Assembly: GCF_000829235.1 (NCBI RefSeq)
Contig: NZ_AP012549.1
Span: 1,560,001-1,592,000 of the forward strand
Length of the DNA: 32,000 nucleotides
DNA from: a cyanobacterium endosymbiont of Epithemia turgida isolate EtSB Lake Yunoko
GTDB lineage: Bacteria; Cyanobacteriota; Cyanobacteriia; Cyanobacteriales; Microcystaceae
Reading direction: 5' to 3'
Part shown: piece after piece, positions 1-9,093 of the stretch
Layout: each line of letters starts with the position of its first letter
Numbering within the stretch: the stretch's first letter is position 1
The notes under the pieces: generated by a model
What the model was told of the DNA's origin: nothing
What the model saw: only the letters and a program-made list of their open reading frames with translations
Database searches by the model: none
Position numbers and translations under genes: made by a program

Positions 1-320
1 TACGGGGTGTTATTGACCGCATTGCCAGTGGCTACTTTAGTCATGGAGATGGAGAATTATTCCAACCTATTGTTGGTCCCTTAATCTGCCATGATCCTTA
101 TATGTTAATGGCTGATTATCAGTCTTATATTGATGTTCAAGAAGCCGTTAGTCATGCCTACTGTGATCATGAGAAGTGGACAGATATGTCTATTTTGAAT
201 TCGGCGCGAATGGGTAAATTTTCTAGTGATCGCACGATTAGGGAATATTGCAAAGAAATTTGGAATGTTGATCCTGTAAGCATCACAATCGAAAATTACA
301 ATCCCGCAACGTCAGGTTGA
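1..320 (+). CDS. glgP: Glycogen/alpha-glucan phosphorylase (GT35), C-terminal end; the 5' part lies outside the window
   Basis: Frame 3 is open from the window edge (codons from nt 3): RGVIDRIASGYFSHGDGELFQPIVGPLICHDPYMLMADYQSYIDVQ...MGKFSSDRTIREYCKEIWNV. This is the conserved C-terminal block of alpha-glucan phosphorylases (FSSDRTI.EY). Stop TGA at 318-320. Confidence 0.9.
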   Translation, partial: RGVIDRIASGYFSHGDGELFQPIVGPLICHDPYMLMADYQSYIDVQEAVSHAYCDHEKWTDMSILNSARMGKFSSDRTIREYCKEIWNVDPVSITIENYNPATSG

Positions 321-607
321 TTTTTCTTCGGTGAAGAATAGTCTGAGAATAGATCATTCCTGTTGAAATATTAAGGTCAGATAAATATAGTCTTGATTTT
401 TTTACCTAAGTCTAAAGTAGAGATTAAAAACCGTTGAGCCTACTTTCCTTCAACTTCTATCCTAGATAATTTTTAACTGTTGGATATTAAAATAGTGTTT
501 AAGTTGACTGCAAATAACTGTAGAGGAAAATTTCAAAAAACATTAGTCTTTCTCTTAAAGATCTGATATTTTTGTAATTTATTTATATAGTTAAAGAGGA
601 ATGGTTG

Positions 608-705
608 TTAAAGAACTCCTTGCAAATTTATTGACTCGTGGTTCTCTTTAGGCTTTCGAATATCTTGTTAACGCGATGTTAATAAATTTGGAAGGAGTTC
701 TTTAA
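608..705. repeat. 25-bp inverted repeat (1 mismatch) with a 48-nt spacer
   Basis: 608-632 ttaaagaactccttgcaaatttatt; the reverse complement of 681-705 is ttaaagaactccttccaaatttatt, with a single g/c mismatch at arm position 15. It lies about 290 nt downstream of the glgP stop in otherwise ORF-free AT-rich DNA. Confidence 0.85.
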
Positions 706-1342
706 AACGTGCTCGGTCTTCAAATAATTTTTCAATTGAATTTTATCTTAGGTTGAAAACAAGTATTACGTTTGAGAGGTTTCGTCTCTCCTGTCATACA
801 GTAGCAATAATATTGAATAAAATTGTACTGCACACAGCAATGAGATAGCTTGTTAAGTCAGGATAGTCTTCAGACTGTTTATCAAAAATGACTACAGGTA
901 CTTCTTAAGCAAAGAACTCAGACGACAAAGATCACCTTTTCGAAATTGAGTGTACTTTTTATCCACCTTTACTACAGTTATCACAATTTAACTGCCTAGA
1001 ATTAAAGGAGGAGTTTAAGGAGAATTTTGTTGACTTAATTCCCCATCAGTAAGATGTAAATCTGTCAAAGGAAGAAATAGGGAGTTAAGCGACTATTGAA
1101 GGGATTTGTAGTGCATCACAAATCATGGCCTGCATGATTGTCAGTGATTTAGCTACCAACATTGATCTAATTATATAAATTGGGTTTTAGGATCTATAAT
1201 AGAAATGTTTTCTCTCAAAGAGAGTTTAAGGCTTCATAATTGGTTCAAGATTAGAAATTACTAGCCTCAAGCAACAATTCGGTAAAGATTTAATTTGCGA
1301 AATTTAGAGATTATTAATAATGGTTACAAGCTTTATTTTTCA

Positions 1343-2731
1343 ATGAATAGTTTGAGTGTTAGTGAAATCTTACTACGTCTTTTATTAGTATTCTTACTAA
1401 TTGCCATCAATGCCTTTTTTGTTACCGCTGAATTTGCCATGGTGTCGGTACGGCGGTCACGTATCAGTCAATTAGTAGAAGCTGGTGATCTTCAGGCTCA
1501 AACTGTCCAATCCCTACAACGTAGTATTGATCGTCTTCTCTCAACCACTCAATTAGGAATTACTCTTTCTAGTCTAGCTCTAGGTTGGCTCGGAGAAGGA
1601 ACCATGGCAGTTTTGGTCAATCCTCTTTTGAGGAATCTGCCGTTTGCTCCTAAACTGACCCAATCCATATCCTATAGTCTTGCTATCCCAGTTGCTTTTT
1701 TGCTAGTTGCTTATCTACAAATTGTGTTAGGAGAACTCTGTCCTAAATCTGTTGCCTTGATTTATTCAGAGAAATTAGCTCGATTTTTAGGTCCTCCTAT
1801 TGGGGTAATTGCCCAAATATTTAATCCTTTTATCTGGATTTTAAATCAATCAACTCGCTATTTATTATGTAGCGTTGGGATTAGATACATGAGGGAAAGA
1901 CGATACAATCAAGTAACCTCAGAAGAACTTCAATTAATCATTGCCACCGAAGGAGAATCAACTGGATTAGAAGCTAAAGAACGAGCACTACTGAAAAATG
2001 TCTTTGAATTTGGCGAGGTTATGGCTGTTGAGGTAATGGTTCCCCGTACTCAATTAATTGCCATTTCTGAGGAAGCAACTTTTGGGGATTTACTCGAAGA
2101 AGTCGCTATTACTGGCCATTCTCGTTATCCGGTCAAAGGAGATTCCCTTGATGATATATTAGGCTTTATTAATTTTAAAGATTTAGCTCCTCCGTTGGCT
2201 CAAGGAGAATTAACAAAGGAATCTTCTTTGCGTCGTTGGCTTAAACCAATTAAATTCGTCTCTGAATCCATGCCATTAGATGAATTACTATCTGTAATGC
2301 AGAGATCACAGTTGAAAATAGTGATTGTCGTGGATGAATTTGGAGGAACTTCTGGATTAATTACTCTTCAAGATTTAATTGCAGAAATTCTTGATAGTGA
2401 TTTAGAAGAAACTCGGACAGAAGATATTTCTCTACAGATGTTGGATAATCAAACATTTCTAGTAAAAGCTCAAATAAATCTCGAAGAACTTAATAAAGTT
2501 TTAGACTTAGAGTTACCGCTAACAGATGAATATCAAACCTTAGGAGGCTTTTTACTCTATCAATGGCAAAAAATTCCTTCTATAGGGGAAACTTTATTCT
2601 ATGACAATTTAGAATTTACAGTTGTCACGGTCGAGCCTCCTCGTCTATTGCAAATTCGTCTCCATCGTCTAGAAGGATCTGTTGCTGAAATTATTGAAGA
2701 TAAAATCGTTGATTGTCAAGAAAATGGGTAA
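1343..2731 (+). CDS. CNNM/DUF21 - CBS pair - CorC_HlyC family membrane protein (hemolysin-like / putative divalent cation efflux)
   Basis: 478-aa ORF. The N-terminal multi-TM DUF21-like region (LLIAINAFFVTAEFAMVSVRRSRI) is followed by a CBS-pair-like region (VMVPRTQLIAI...GHSRYPV...VVDEFGGTSGLITLQDL) and a CorC/HlyC-like C-terminus. I prefer the ATG at 1343 (MNSLSVSEILL) to the TTG at 1295 listed in the ORF track. Confidence 0.85.
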   Translation: MNSLSVSEILLRLLLVFLLIAINAFFVTAEFAMVSVRRSRISQLVEAGDLQAQTVQSLQRSIDRLLSTTQLGITLSSLALGWLGEGTMAVLVNPLLRNLPFAPKLTQSISYSLAIPVAFLLVAYLQIVLGELCPKSVALIYSEKLARFLGPPIGVIAQIFNPFIWILNQSTRYLLCSVGIRYMRERRYNQVTSEELQLIIATEGESTGLEAKERALLKNVFEFGEVMAVEVMVPRTQLIAISEEATFGDLLEEVAITGHSRYPVKGDSLDDILGFINFKDLAPPLAQGELTKESSLRRWLKPIKFVSESMPLDELLSVMQRSQLKIVIVVDEFGGTSGLITLQDLIAEILDSDLEETRTEDISLQMLDNQTFLVKAQINLEELNKVLDLELPLTDEYQTLGGFLLYQWQKIPSIGETLFYDNLEFTVVTVEPPRLLQIRLHRLEGSVAEIIEDKIVDCQENG

Positions 2732-2866
2732 TAAATACGAATAGGCAGATTAAATTACAATTATTAGTCCAAATTAATTACGAGCGACAGTCAATCGCTT
2801 ATTCTTGAGAATTAATAAGTCCTTAAATTAGACCCTAGTAGTTTTTGGGTTTCTACTGAAATGAGC

Positions 2867-4120
2867 TTAAGGTTTAACACTTTGATTAGGTTGATACCAT
2901 TTAAAATGTTGATAAACGATGCGAGAGAAATCTTGAATGATCATTCTCCCCATGACATCATTGTAAGAACGTTCAGCAAAGACGGCCCCAATGTAACGCT
3001 TCCCCGTTGGAATATCAATGATGCCAGCATCTCCTAAAATTGTACCAATATCCCCTGTTTTATGAAAAATCATTGCACCCTGTTCCAGTCCTTGAGGTAA
3101 TAAGGTTTGAGTACGTGTTTTTTGCATAATTCCCAACAGGCGATCACGTGATCGGACCGTCAATAAATCCCCCCGTTCAATGAGGGCCAATAATTCCACT
3201 AAATCTTTGGGACTGGTGGTATTAGTCCCTTCTAAATCGGGTAAATGATTGTTAATCTCTGTCTTGGTTAATCCCCATTCCTTAAAACGTTTATTGAGAA
3301 CTTCTTTACCTCCCAGACGACGGACTAACATATCCGTGGCTGTATTATCGCTGATAACAATCATTTTTGTCGCAGCTTCTAAGGCACTAAACTGAGTCCC
3401 AGGCTTCTGATATTGCATACTTCCTGACCCTCCAGTGATAATTTTCTCGTCCATGGTTAGCATTTCGTCTAGATAGATTCTTCCGGCATCTAACTCTTCG
3501 AAAAAAGCAACAAGAACAGGAATTTTAATGGTACTAGCAGCAGAGAGAGAAGTATCCCCATTAAAATTGACATAGTTACCGTTATCTAAATCGATAAACC
3601 AGCCATGAGACTTGACTTTAGCGTATTTCTCTTGGCTAGCTATTTTTTCTAATTTGGTTTTAAGAGCAATTAATTCTCGCCCTAGGGGAATATTTGTTGG
3701 ATTGCTAATAGTCGCTGTAGGGATTTTTTCTTCAAATTGTACAGACTCGTCAGAAGCAGTCAGTTGGGGAGAATTAGAGTGGGTGGCGAATAAACTGGTG
3801 GGACCTAATACGGTTAAAATTGTTCCTGCAATCGCACTTACTCCCACTCCCATAATACCTAAACGAAGAATATACAAAAACACGACGGTCATAAAATTGG
3901 AGGGAGAATTTTTAACGCGTCGATCAAGAAGTTTGGTAGAAACCGCTAAGGTTGATACCCTTCGGCGAGGAAGTCGTCTGGTTGAACGCCCTACCCCAGA
4001 AACACCATTTATCTGTTGACGATGAGAACTACTTTTGCCATTAGTCGAACGACCGGAAGAGTCGTTATTAATTGCACTATTTTGGGGATTATAGGAGGAA
4101 TTAATCATTCGACGGGGCAT
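2867..4120 (-). CDS. Membrane-anchored class A beta-lactamase-like serine hydrolase
   Basis: 417-aa ORF with an ATG start. It has an S/N/R-rich N-terminus and one TM helix (VVFLYILRLGIMGVGVSAIAGTILTV). All three class A motifs are present in order: S-x-x-K (STIK), S-D-N (ISDNTATD) and K-T-G (HKTGDIG). Confidence 0.8.
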   Translation of the reverse strand: MPRRMINSSYNPQNSAINNDSSGRSTNGKSSSHRQQINGVSGVGRSTRRLPRRRVSTLAVSTKLLDRRVKNSPSNFMTVVFLYILRLGIMGVGVSAIAGTILTVLGPTSLFATHSNSPQLTASDESVQFEEKIPTATISNPTNIPLGRELIALKTKLEKIASQEKYAKVKSHGWFIDLDNGNYVNFNGDTSLSAASTIKIPVLVAFFEELDAGRIYLDEMLTMDEKIITGGSGSMQYQKPGTQFSALEAATKMIVISDNTATDMLVRRLGGKEVLNKRFKEWGLTKTEINNHLPDLEGTNTTSPKDLVELLALIERGDLLTVRSRDRLLGIMQKTRTQTLLPQGLEQGAMIFHKTGDIGTILGDAGIIDIPTGKRYIGAVFAERSYNDVMGRMIIQDFSRIVYQHFKWYQPNQSVKP

Positions 4121-4209
4121 AGTCTAAGAATCCTTGCAATTAAAATCGAAGAAGAGACAAGTTAAAATAATACTTGCGACGTCAATCAGTGTCAATCTGA
4201 TCGAGACGA

Positions 4210-4965
4210 TTAACTTTTACGACTGTAATTGTCGGGTAAATGTTGCCATATAAAATTAATCTGTCCAAGAATTCCTCGCAGTAAAGCTACTTCTTCAGCA
4301 CTTAAATTTGAGTGGTTATAAAGACGGCGGAGTTTTTCCATTTTAGCCTTAGCCGTATGGGGAAAAAGGTAACCCATTTTTAATAAAACCGCTTCGAGGT
4401 GATGATAATAGCCTTCGAGTACATCAAAAGATGCCAGTTTTGTCGAAGAGTCTGAAGAAAATTCCAGAGGTATTTTGGAAGCTTGGTAGAGTTCATATGC
4501 ACAGATAGCAACGGACTGGGCAAGATTTAAAGATGGATAGACTGGGCTAGCTGGAATACAGAGAAAACGTTGGGCGTAATTGAGTTCTTCATTACTTAAT
4601 CCCCGATCTTCTGGTCCAAAAATTAAGGCACTGGGGAGGTTGGAGTTTAATAACCAGGGGAGGGCTTGACGGGGAGTTTCTAGAGGAGTTGAAAGGCTAC
4701 GAGGGCGGGCTGTAGTAGCTATCGTCTGCTGACATCCTTGCAATGCTTCAGGTAAACTGCCTACTTGTTGAACTTGTTCTAAAATGTTCAGAGCATGAAC
4801 AGCCATTAATCGCGCTTCTTTCCCGAAAGGATCACAGTGAGGATTAACTAAAATTAGCTGTTGTAACCCCATATTTTTCATGACTCGCGCTACTGATCCC
4901 ACATTCAATGGGCCAGTAGGCTCAACTAAAATAATTCTGATTTGTGCTAAAGACATGATTGACAT
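4210..4965 (-). CDS. SpoU/TrmH-family (group 1, TrmJ/LasT-like) RNA 2'-O-methyltransferase
   Basis: IRIILVEPTGPLNVGSVARVMKNMGL at the N-terminus and LIFGPEDRGLSNEEL...IP....PSLNLAQSVAICAYEL match SPOUT-class TrmJ-type enzymes. The ORF track starts at a GTG (4968); ATGs follow at 4965 and 4956. Confidence 0.8.
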   Translation of the reverse strand: MSIMSLAQIRIILVEPTGPLNVGSVARVMKNMGLQQLILVNPHCDPFGKEARLMAVHALNILEQVQQVGSLPEALQGCQQTIATTARPRSLSTPLETPRQALPWLLNSNLPSALIFGPEDRGLSNEELNYAQRFLCIPASPVYPSLNLAQSVAICAYELYQASKIPLEFSSDSSTKLASFDVLEGYYHHLEAVLLKMGYLFPHTAKAKMEKLRRLYNHSNLSAEEVALLRGILGQINFIWQHLPDNYSRKS

Positions 4966-5051
4966 CACTTTCTGAATTCACTAGGTATCCCCAGCATCAT
5001 TCCATTAACATAGATTATTAATGATGAAGGCATTTTTAAAAAAGTCAACTG

Positions 5052-5252
5052 TTAGCGAGTTTGGCGCGATGCCAACTTTTCAATTGTTGCCTGGGTTTCT
5101 TGCAATAGTTGGTGGCGAGGATCTTCAATTAGCTTTAAAGAGGGGACAAGATTACGAGAATGTAATTGCGTGTAGAGTTGCAGTTGAGCTACGTAGTCCT
5201 GTATGTTTTCCTGCATGGTTTCTGTATTGCTCGAAGTCGTTTCCACTTTCAA
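5052..5252 (-). CDS. Hypothetical small protein, or a relic ORF
   Basis: 66-codon ORF (TTG start; first ATG at 5216) with an AGGA about 7 nt upstream. It predicts a coiled-coil-like sequence (QENIQDYVAQLQLYTQL...LLQETQATIEKLA). The locus is visibly less AT-rich than the flanks. A 90-aa ORF on the opposite strand fully overlaps it, and I recognise no homology. Confidence 0.25.
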   Translation of the reverse strand: MKVETTSSNTETMQENIQDYVAQLQLYTQLHSRNLVPSLKLIEDPRHQLLQETQATIEKLASRQTR

Positions 5253-5659
5253 TATATTTTCCTAAGATTACAGTGTGTGATTTATTTGATTAACCACTCT
5301 ACGAAATTATCATGTTATTATGGGTCTAACGATAAATAATAATAAATTTTACATACTTCTAAACGTACCGTCGTAATATTACCCTTCAAAGAAATCATAA
5401 TTTTCATCACTCTTGGCTATACATAGGAGCCATCTTTATTATTTTAAATATTCTAACTGTATTTAGATGTAGATTAAGCTGCAGTATGGCAACTTTTTTG
5501 AAAGTTTATACAAATATCGTATTTGATGCTCTTAAGATTACTTGTCGTTTTATTTTACTTAACTTGTGGAGATTAATCTTAACCCATCATAAAAAACTTA
5601 ATTCAAGTAAAGTAGATAGCTCTAAATAAACCTAAAAATTACTATTACGAGGGTAATTA

Positions 5660-5686
5660 CCAGAAAATATTGACTTTATTTTCTGG
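5660..5686. repeat. 10-bp perfect hairpin (ccagaaaata / tattttctgg), 7-nt loop
   Basis: Read directly: 5660-5669 is the reverse complement of 5677-5686, with loop ttgactt. It lies in ORF-free AT-rich DNA. Confidence 0.6.
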
Positions 5687-6039
5687 ACAAGCTAACTCTA
5701 CTGTTTACAATTAAACCTATACTATTATTGTCTGTTTTTTAGGAAAGAGAACTTAGGATAGAACCACTATTATCATTGCTCATTATCTTTCAAAGACTTG
5801 TTGCATTAACTCTATTAATATAGTGTGATATAGGAAAATAATTGAAAAATCAACCCATGGATAGTTAAAAAAAAATGATTTATAAAAAATTATTGTTCAC
5901 AATATATTAAACTTGCCCTTTAACTTTAACAGCCGCTTTAACTAATGGGGTGTCAACAATGTGATAGAGATTAAGATTGATCTTTCCATGGACTGAGAGT
6001 AAAATAGCCCTAATTAGGGACTGTACCTTGAGGAGCATT

Positions 6040-6693
6040 TCATAAAATTCCATCTGAGGCGCCGATAATCGTTTCAATTGGGGCTATTAGGATTGTACGT
6101 ATGACAATGTTTAAGTCTGCTGTGCCATTTAGTCCTAAAAAACTAATTGCCCCTGAGTAAATACCTCTTGCTTCTCCTTCAAGTTTATTAATATCAAGTT
6201 TATTAATAATTTCCATGATTCTTATTTTAGGAACACCGGTCATTGAGCCACTAGGAAAAGCCACGCTTATACAATCAATAGTTCTGAGAGCTTGACGAAG
6301 GTAGCTGCAAACAGTATTGACTAATTGATGTACGTATAATGGCATAAGTTTCGACATCCATTAATTTCGGGACATGACAGGCTACCTATTTCACCTACTG
6401 GTCCTAGATCATTTCGTAGCAAATCCACAATCATTAAGTTTGCAGCATGATTTTTTTCCATTTTTGAAACTTTCTTGTATTTCCTTATCTTCTTGAATAT
6501 TTACTCTCTTTGCTTTTGTTTCTTTATTTGGCTTAGATTCAACTTTATTATTACGCTCAATTTTGAGTAAATGCTCTGGAGATAAACTAAGAATGACGAA
6601 ATCTTTAACCCCAAAAAATGCTGAGTAAGGTGCTGAATTAATTTTACGTAATTTTCGATAAAGTGTTGTAGGAGCAAGTTTACTATCAGTCAT
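6040..6693 (-). pseudogene. Chorismate-binding enzyme (PabB/TrpE/isochorismate synthase family) pseudogene, 5'-truncated and frameshifted
   Basis: The fragments carry family motifs: LYRKLRKINSAPYSAFF...ILSLSPEHLLKI (6409-6693). A third frame across 6358-6420 reads AANLMIVDLLRNDLGPVGEIGSLSCPEI. The last fragment reads FPSGSMTGVPKIRIMEII..LE...RGIYSGAISFLGLNGTADLNIVIRT (6040-6357). The pieces are in different frames, the N-terminal about 200 codons are missing, and the C-terminus decays after IIGASDGIL. Confidence 0.85.
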
Positions 6694-6809
6694 AAAAACT
6701 CTAAAGTTAAGATATCTTCCTATTTTTATTAGCTATTTTATATTTTATAAATATTATTTGCATATAAAAAATTTGATATAATTTACGTATAAATAATAAA
6801 ACTAAGCTG

Positions 6810-6846
6810 TTTTAACACTTATCTTTAATAAAGATAAGTGTTAAAA
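6810..6846. repeat. Perfect 37-bp palindrome (18-bp arms around one central base)
   Basis: 6810-6827 ttttaacacttatcttta is the exact reverse complement of 6829-6846 taaagataagtgttaaaa. It sits between the divergent chorismate-enzyme pseudogene and the pspA-like gene. Confidence 0.9.
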
Positions 6847-6910
6847 ATCTAAATGTATTTTCACTCAAAAAATAAATATTAGATTTATTAATACGATGAT
6901 TATTCGCATT

Positions 6911-6969
6911 TATTATAGAAATATCACTGCGGCAAATAATTATATTTCAGCAGCGATATTTCTATAATA
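6911..6969. repeat. 20-bp inverted repeat (1 mismatch), 19-nt spacer
   Basis: 6911-6930 tattatagaaatatcactgc pairs with 6950-6969 gcagcgatatttctataata, with a single a/c mismatch at 6926/6954. It lies about 65 nt from the 6810-6846 palindrome. Confidence 0.85.
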
Positions 6970-7231
6970 TTAAATATTTTTAACTGCTACTTATCTTTTG
7001 TTTTTTAAAATCAATGTAGTTTGTGAGATAAAAATTATAATTTTGGTGAATAACAATAGACCATAACTCTTTCTAGAGAAAGAGCAGCAGGAAAATAAAT
7101 TCCATTGTTTGATTATTTCATCACTCAGAGAGTACAAGAATGCTCTATCTCCTCCCAACATCTCCGTTTCTCCTCCTCAAGCCGAACTCAAGTTAATATG
7201 GATAGGTGGACCGAGGAAATTGAGGATAGTT

Positions 7232-7897
7232 ATGGAATGGTTAGAAAGAATTAGTCGAGTCTTACGATCACAGATTAATAGCTTAATCAAAGAAGAAGAG
7301 GATCCCGAAAAAGTTTTAGAGACAGCGATTGCCCAAATAGAACAGGAATTAATCGCCATGCGACGAGCATTAGCAGAAACAATCGCTATCAACAAAAGTG
7401 CACAACGCCAGTTAGTTCAATACCAAAAGACGGCAGAAAAATGGTATGAACGGGCAACAATAGCTATTGAAAAAGGAAATGAACTCCTAGCCAGGGAAGC
7501 ACTCATTGACCGCCAAAATTACCAAATCCAAGCTCAAAGAATAGAAAATCAACTAGAACAACAGAATCAGGTAGTTGAGAAGGTTAAGCAAGATTTACGA
7601 ACCCTAGAACGGAAATACGCCGAAGCTAAAGCAAAAAAAAGCCTTAATGTAGCCAGACTGCGATCAGCGATAGCTTCCCAAAGACTACAAGGAATTGTTG
7701 GCAATCTAAACTCAGGCAGTTCTAGTAGTATTTTTGAGCATATAGAATCGAGAATTATAGACCTCGAAGCCGAGTCACAAATAACCCAAAGTCTGAGTAC
7801 TGATCCCTTAGAAAAGCAATTCATGTCCTTAGAAATGGATAAAATAATCGATACAGAAATTGTCAACCTCAAAGCCAAAAAATTGACCTCACGCTAG
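7232..7897 (+). CDS. pspA: PspA/IM30-family protein (short paralog, PspA-like)
   Basis: MEWLERISRVLRSQINSLIKEEEDPEKVLE...ALAETIA...AEKWYERATIAIEKGNELLAREAL is the PspA/IM30 coiled-coil signature. GAGGA at 7222-7226 lies 5 nt upstream of the ATG at 7232. The ORF-track start at 7109 adds 41 residues with no family similarity. Confidence 0.85.
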   Translation: MEWLERISRVLRSQINSLIKEEEDPEKVLETAIAQIEQELIAMRRALAETIAINKSAQRQLVQYQKTAEKWYERATIAIEKGNELLAREALIDRQNYQIQAQRIENQLEQQNQVVEKVKQDLRTLERKYAEAKAKKSLNVARLRSAIASQRLQGIVGNLNSGSSSSIFEHIESRIIDLEAESQITQSLSTDPLEKQFMSLEMDKIIDTEIVNLKAKKLTSR

Positions 7898-8173
7898 TAT
7901 AAACAATCATCAGTAGTATCTTTCTCAGAAATAGATGGAATTAATGCTAAGCTCGATCAATTCTGAGACGTAATTCTTGAGAAACAGAGATAAATTTTGT
8001 TCAGGAGTATTTCAAAGTTGTTTTTTTTCTCCGACTTCTTCACTCTCCCTCCGTGACCATTCATATGCCAAACTAGAAATGGACAAGCCATACTCAGTGG
8101 ACTAAGAAAGCAATCTTAACTTGAAAATTTTACTTACCTTACCTAGTACACGCACCGGAGGATGAACAGCATC

Positions 8174-8941
8174 ATGGGATTATTTGATCGCCTAAGCCGA
8201 GTTGTTCGAGCTAACTTAAACGATCTCGTCAGCAAAGCAGAAGACCCCGAAAAAGTCTTAGAACAAACCATTAATGATATCGGAGAAGACTTGATACAAG
8301 TGCGTCAAGCAGTTGCACGTGCTATTGCTGAACAAAAGCGTACTGAGCAACGATATAATCAGGATATATCAGAAGCCAACAAATGGGAACAACGGGCCAA
8401 ACTTGCCCTGTCTAAAGGGGATGAGAGTCTAGCTAGGGAAGCCCTAGTTCGTAAAAAAACTCATACTGATACTTCCGTGACTCTTAAACAACAGCTGGAA
8501 CAACAAAATGGTCAAGTAAATATCCTCAAACGTAATTTAGTAGCTTTAGAAAGTAAAATTTCTGAAGCCAAGACTAAGAAAAATATGCTGATCGCTCGGT
8601 CTAAAGCAGCTAAAGCTAACGTAGAAATTCAACAAACTTTGAGTGACGTTAATACTAGTGGTTCGATGGCAGCTTTTGAGCGCATGGAATCCAAAGTATT
8701 GGAGATGGAAGCTCGTTCCCAAGCCATTGGGGAGTTGGGCGATACTGGTCTTGAAGAACAATTTGCTAGATTAGAGTCTGGAAGTGGTGTAGATGAAGAA
8801 TTAGCCATGCTCAAAGCTCAAATCAGTGGGATTTCTGAACCACAAAAATTGCCTGAAGCATCTAATACCCAATCGTATCGAAAAGATTTGGCGGTGGATG
8901 CAGAATTAGAAGACTTACGGAAAAAATTAGATAATCTTTAA
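8174..8941 (+). CDS. vipp1: Vipp1 / IM30 (vesicle-inducing protein in plastids 1)
   Basis: It has the canonical N-terminus MGLFDRLSRVVRANLNDLVSKAEDPEKVLEQ and the IM30 coiled coil. A C-terminal extension (..SEPQKLPEASNTQSYRKDLAVDAELEDLRKKLDNL) distinguishes Vipp1 from PspA. GGAGG is at 8157-8161. An alternative ATG at 8162 adds 4 codons. Confidence 0.9.
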   Translation: MGLFDRLSRVVRANLNDLVSKAEDPEKVLEQTINDIGEDLIQVRQAVARAIAEQKRTEQRYNQDISEANKWEQRAKLALSKGDESLAREALVRKKTHTDTSVTLKQQLEQQNGQVNILKRNLVALESKISEAKTKKNMLIARSKAAKANVEIQQTLSDVNTSGSMAAFERMESKVLEMEARSQAIGELGDTGLEEQFARLESGSGVDEELAMLKAQISGISEPQKLPEASNTQSYRKDLAVDAELEDLRKKLDNL

Positions 8942-8986
8942 AGGAGAAATCAAAATACGTAACAAAAAATTTCATTGCAATTTTTA

Positions 8987-9008
8987 GGGACGTATATTAT
9001 TACGTCCC
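8987..9008 (+). terminator. Candidate stem-loop terminator downstream of vipp1
   Basis: gggacgta-tattat-tacgtccc forms an 8-bp GC-containing stem 46 nt after the vipp1 stop. No clear U-tract follows it (cccaac), so function is uncertain. Confidence 0.4.
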
Positions 9009-9093
9009 CCCAACTGCAAGCAAAATAACTTGCTAACCTGTAGCCTAGATAACTGGTAACTCAATTACTTAGATGTCCAATTAAAAAACAATT

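Noticed and set aside
601-651. 16-codon mini-ORF (MVVKELLANLLTRGSL) overlapping the left arm of the 608-705 inverted repeat
   Set aside because: The purine-rich AAGAGG abuts the ATG with a spacing of about 1 nt, too short for a functional SD. The ORF length is trivially expected by chance.
3612-4019. 135-aa ORF on the plus strand
   Set aside because: It lies entirely antisense within the well-supported beta-lactamase-like CDS, has no recognisable motifs, and is a typical shadow ORF.
7109-7231. N-terminal extension of the pspA-like ORF (start at 7109 in the ORF track)
   Set aside because: The extra 41 residues have no PspA/IM30 similarity. The family N-terminus begins at the ATG at 7232, which has a GAGGA 5 nt upstream.
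7177-8814. Antisense ORFs 7177-7395, 7567-7878, 8546-8761 and 8629-8814
   Set aside because: All lie inside the two PspA/Vipp1 coiled-coil genes on the opposite strand. The repetitive codon usage of coiled coils readily leaves open antisense frames, and none shows motifs.
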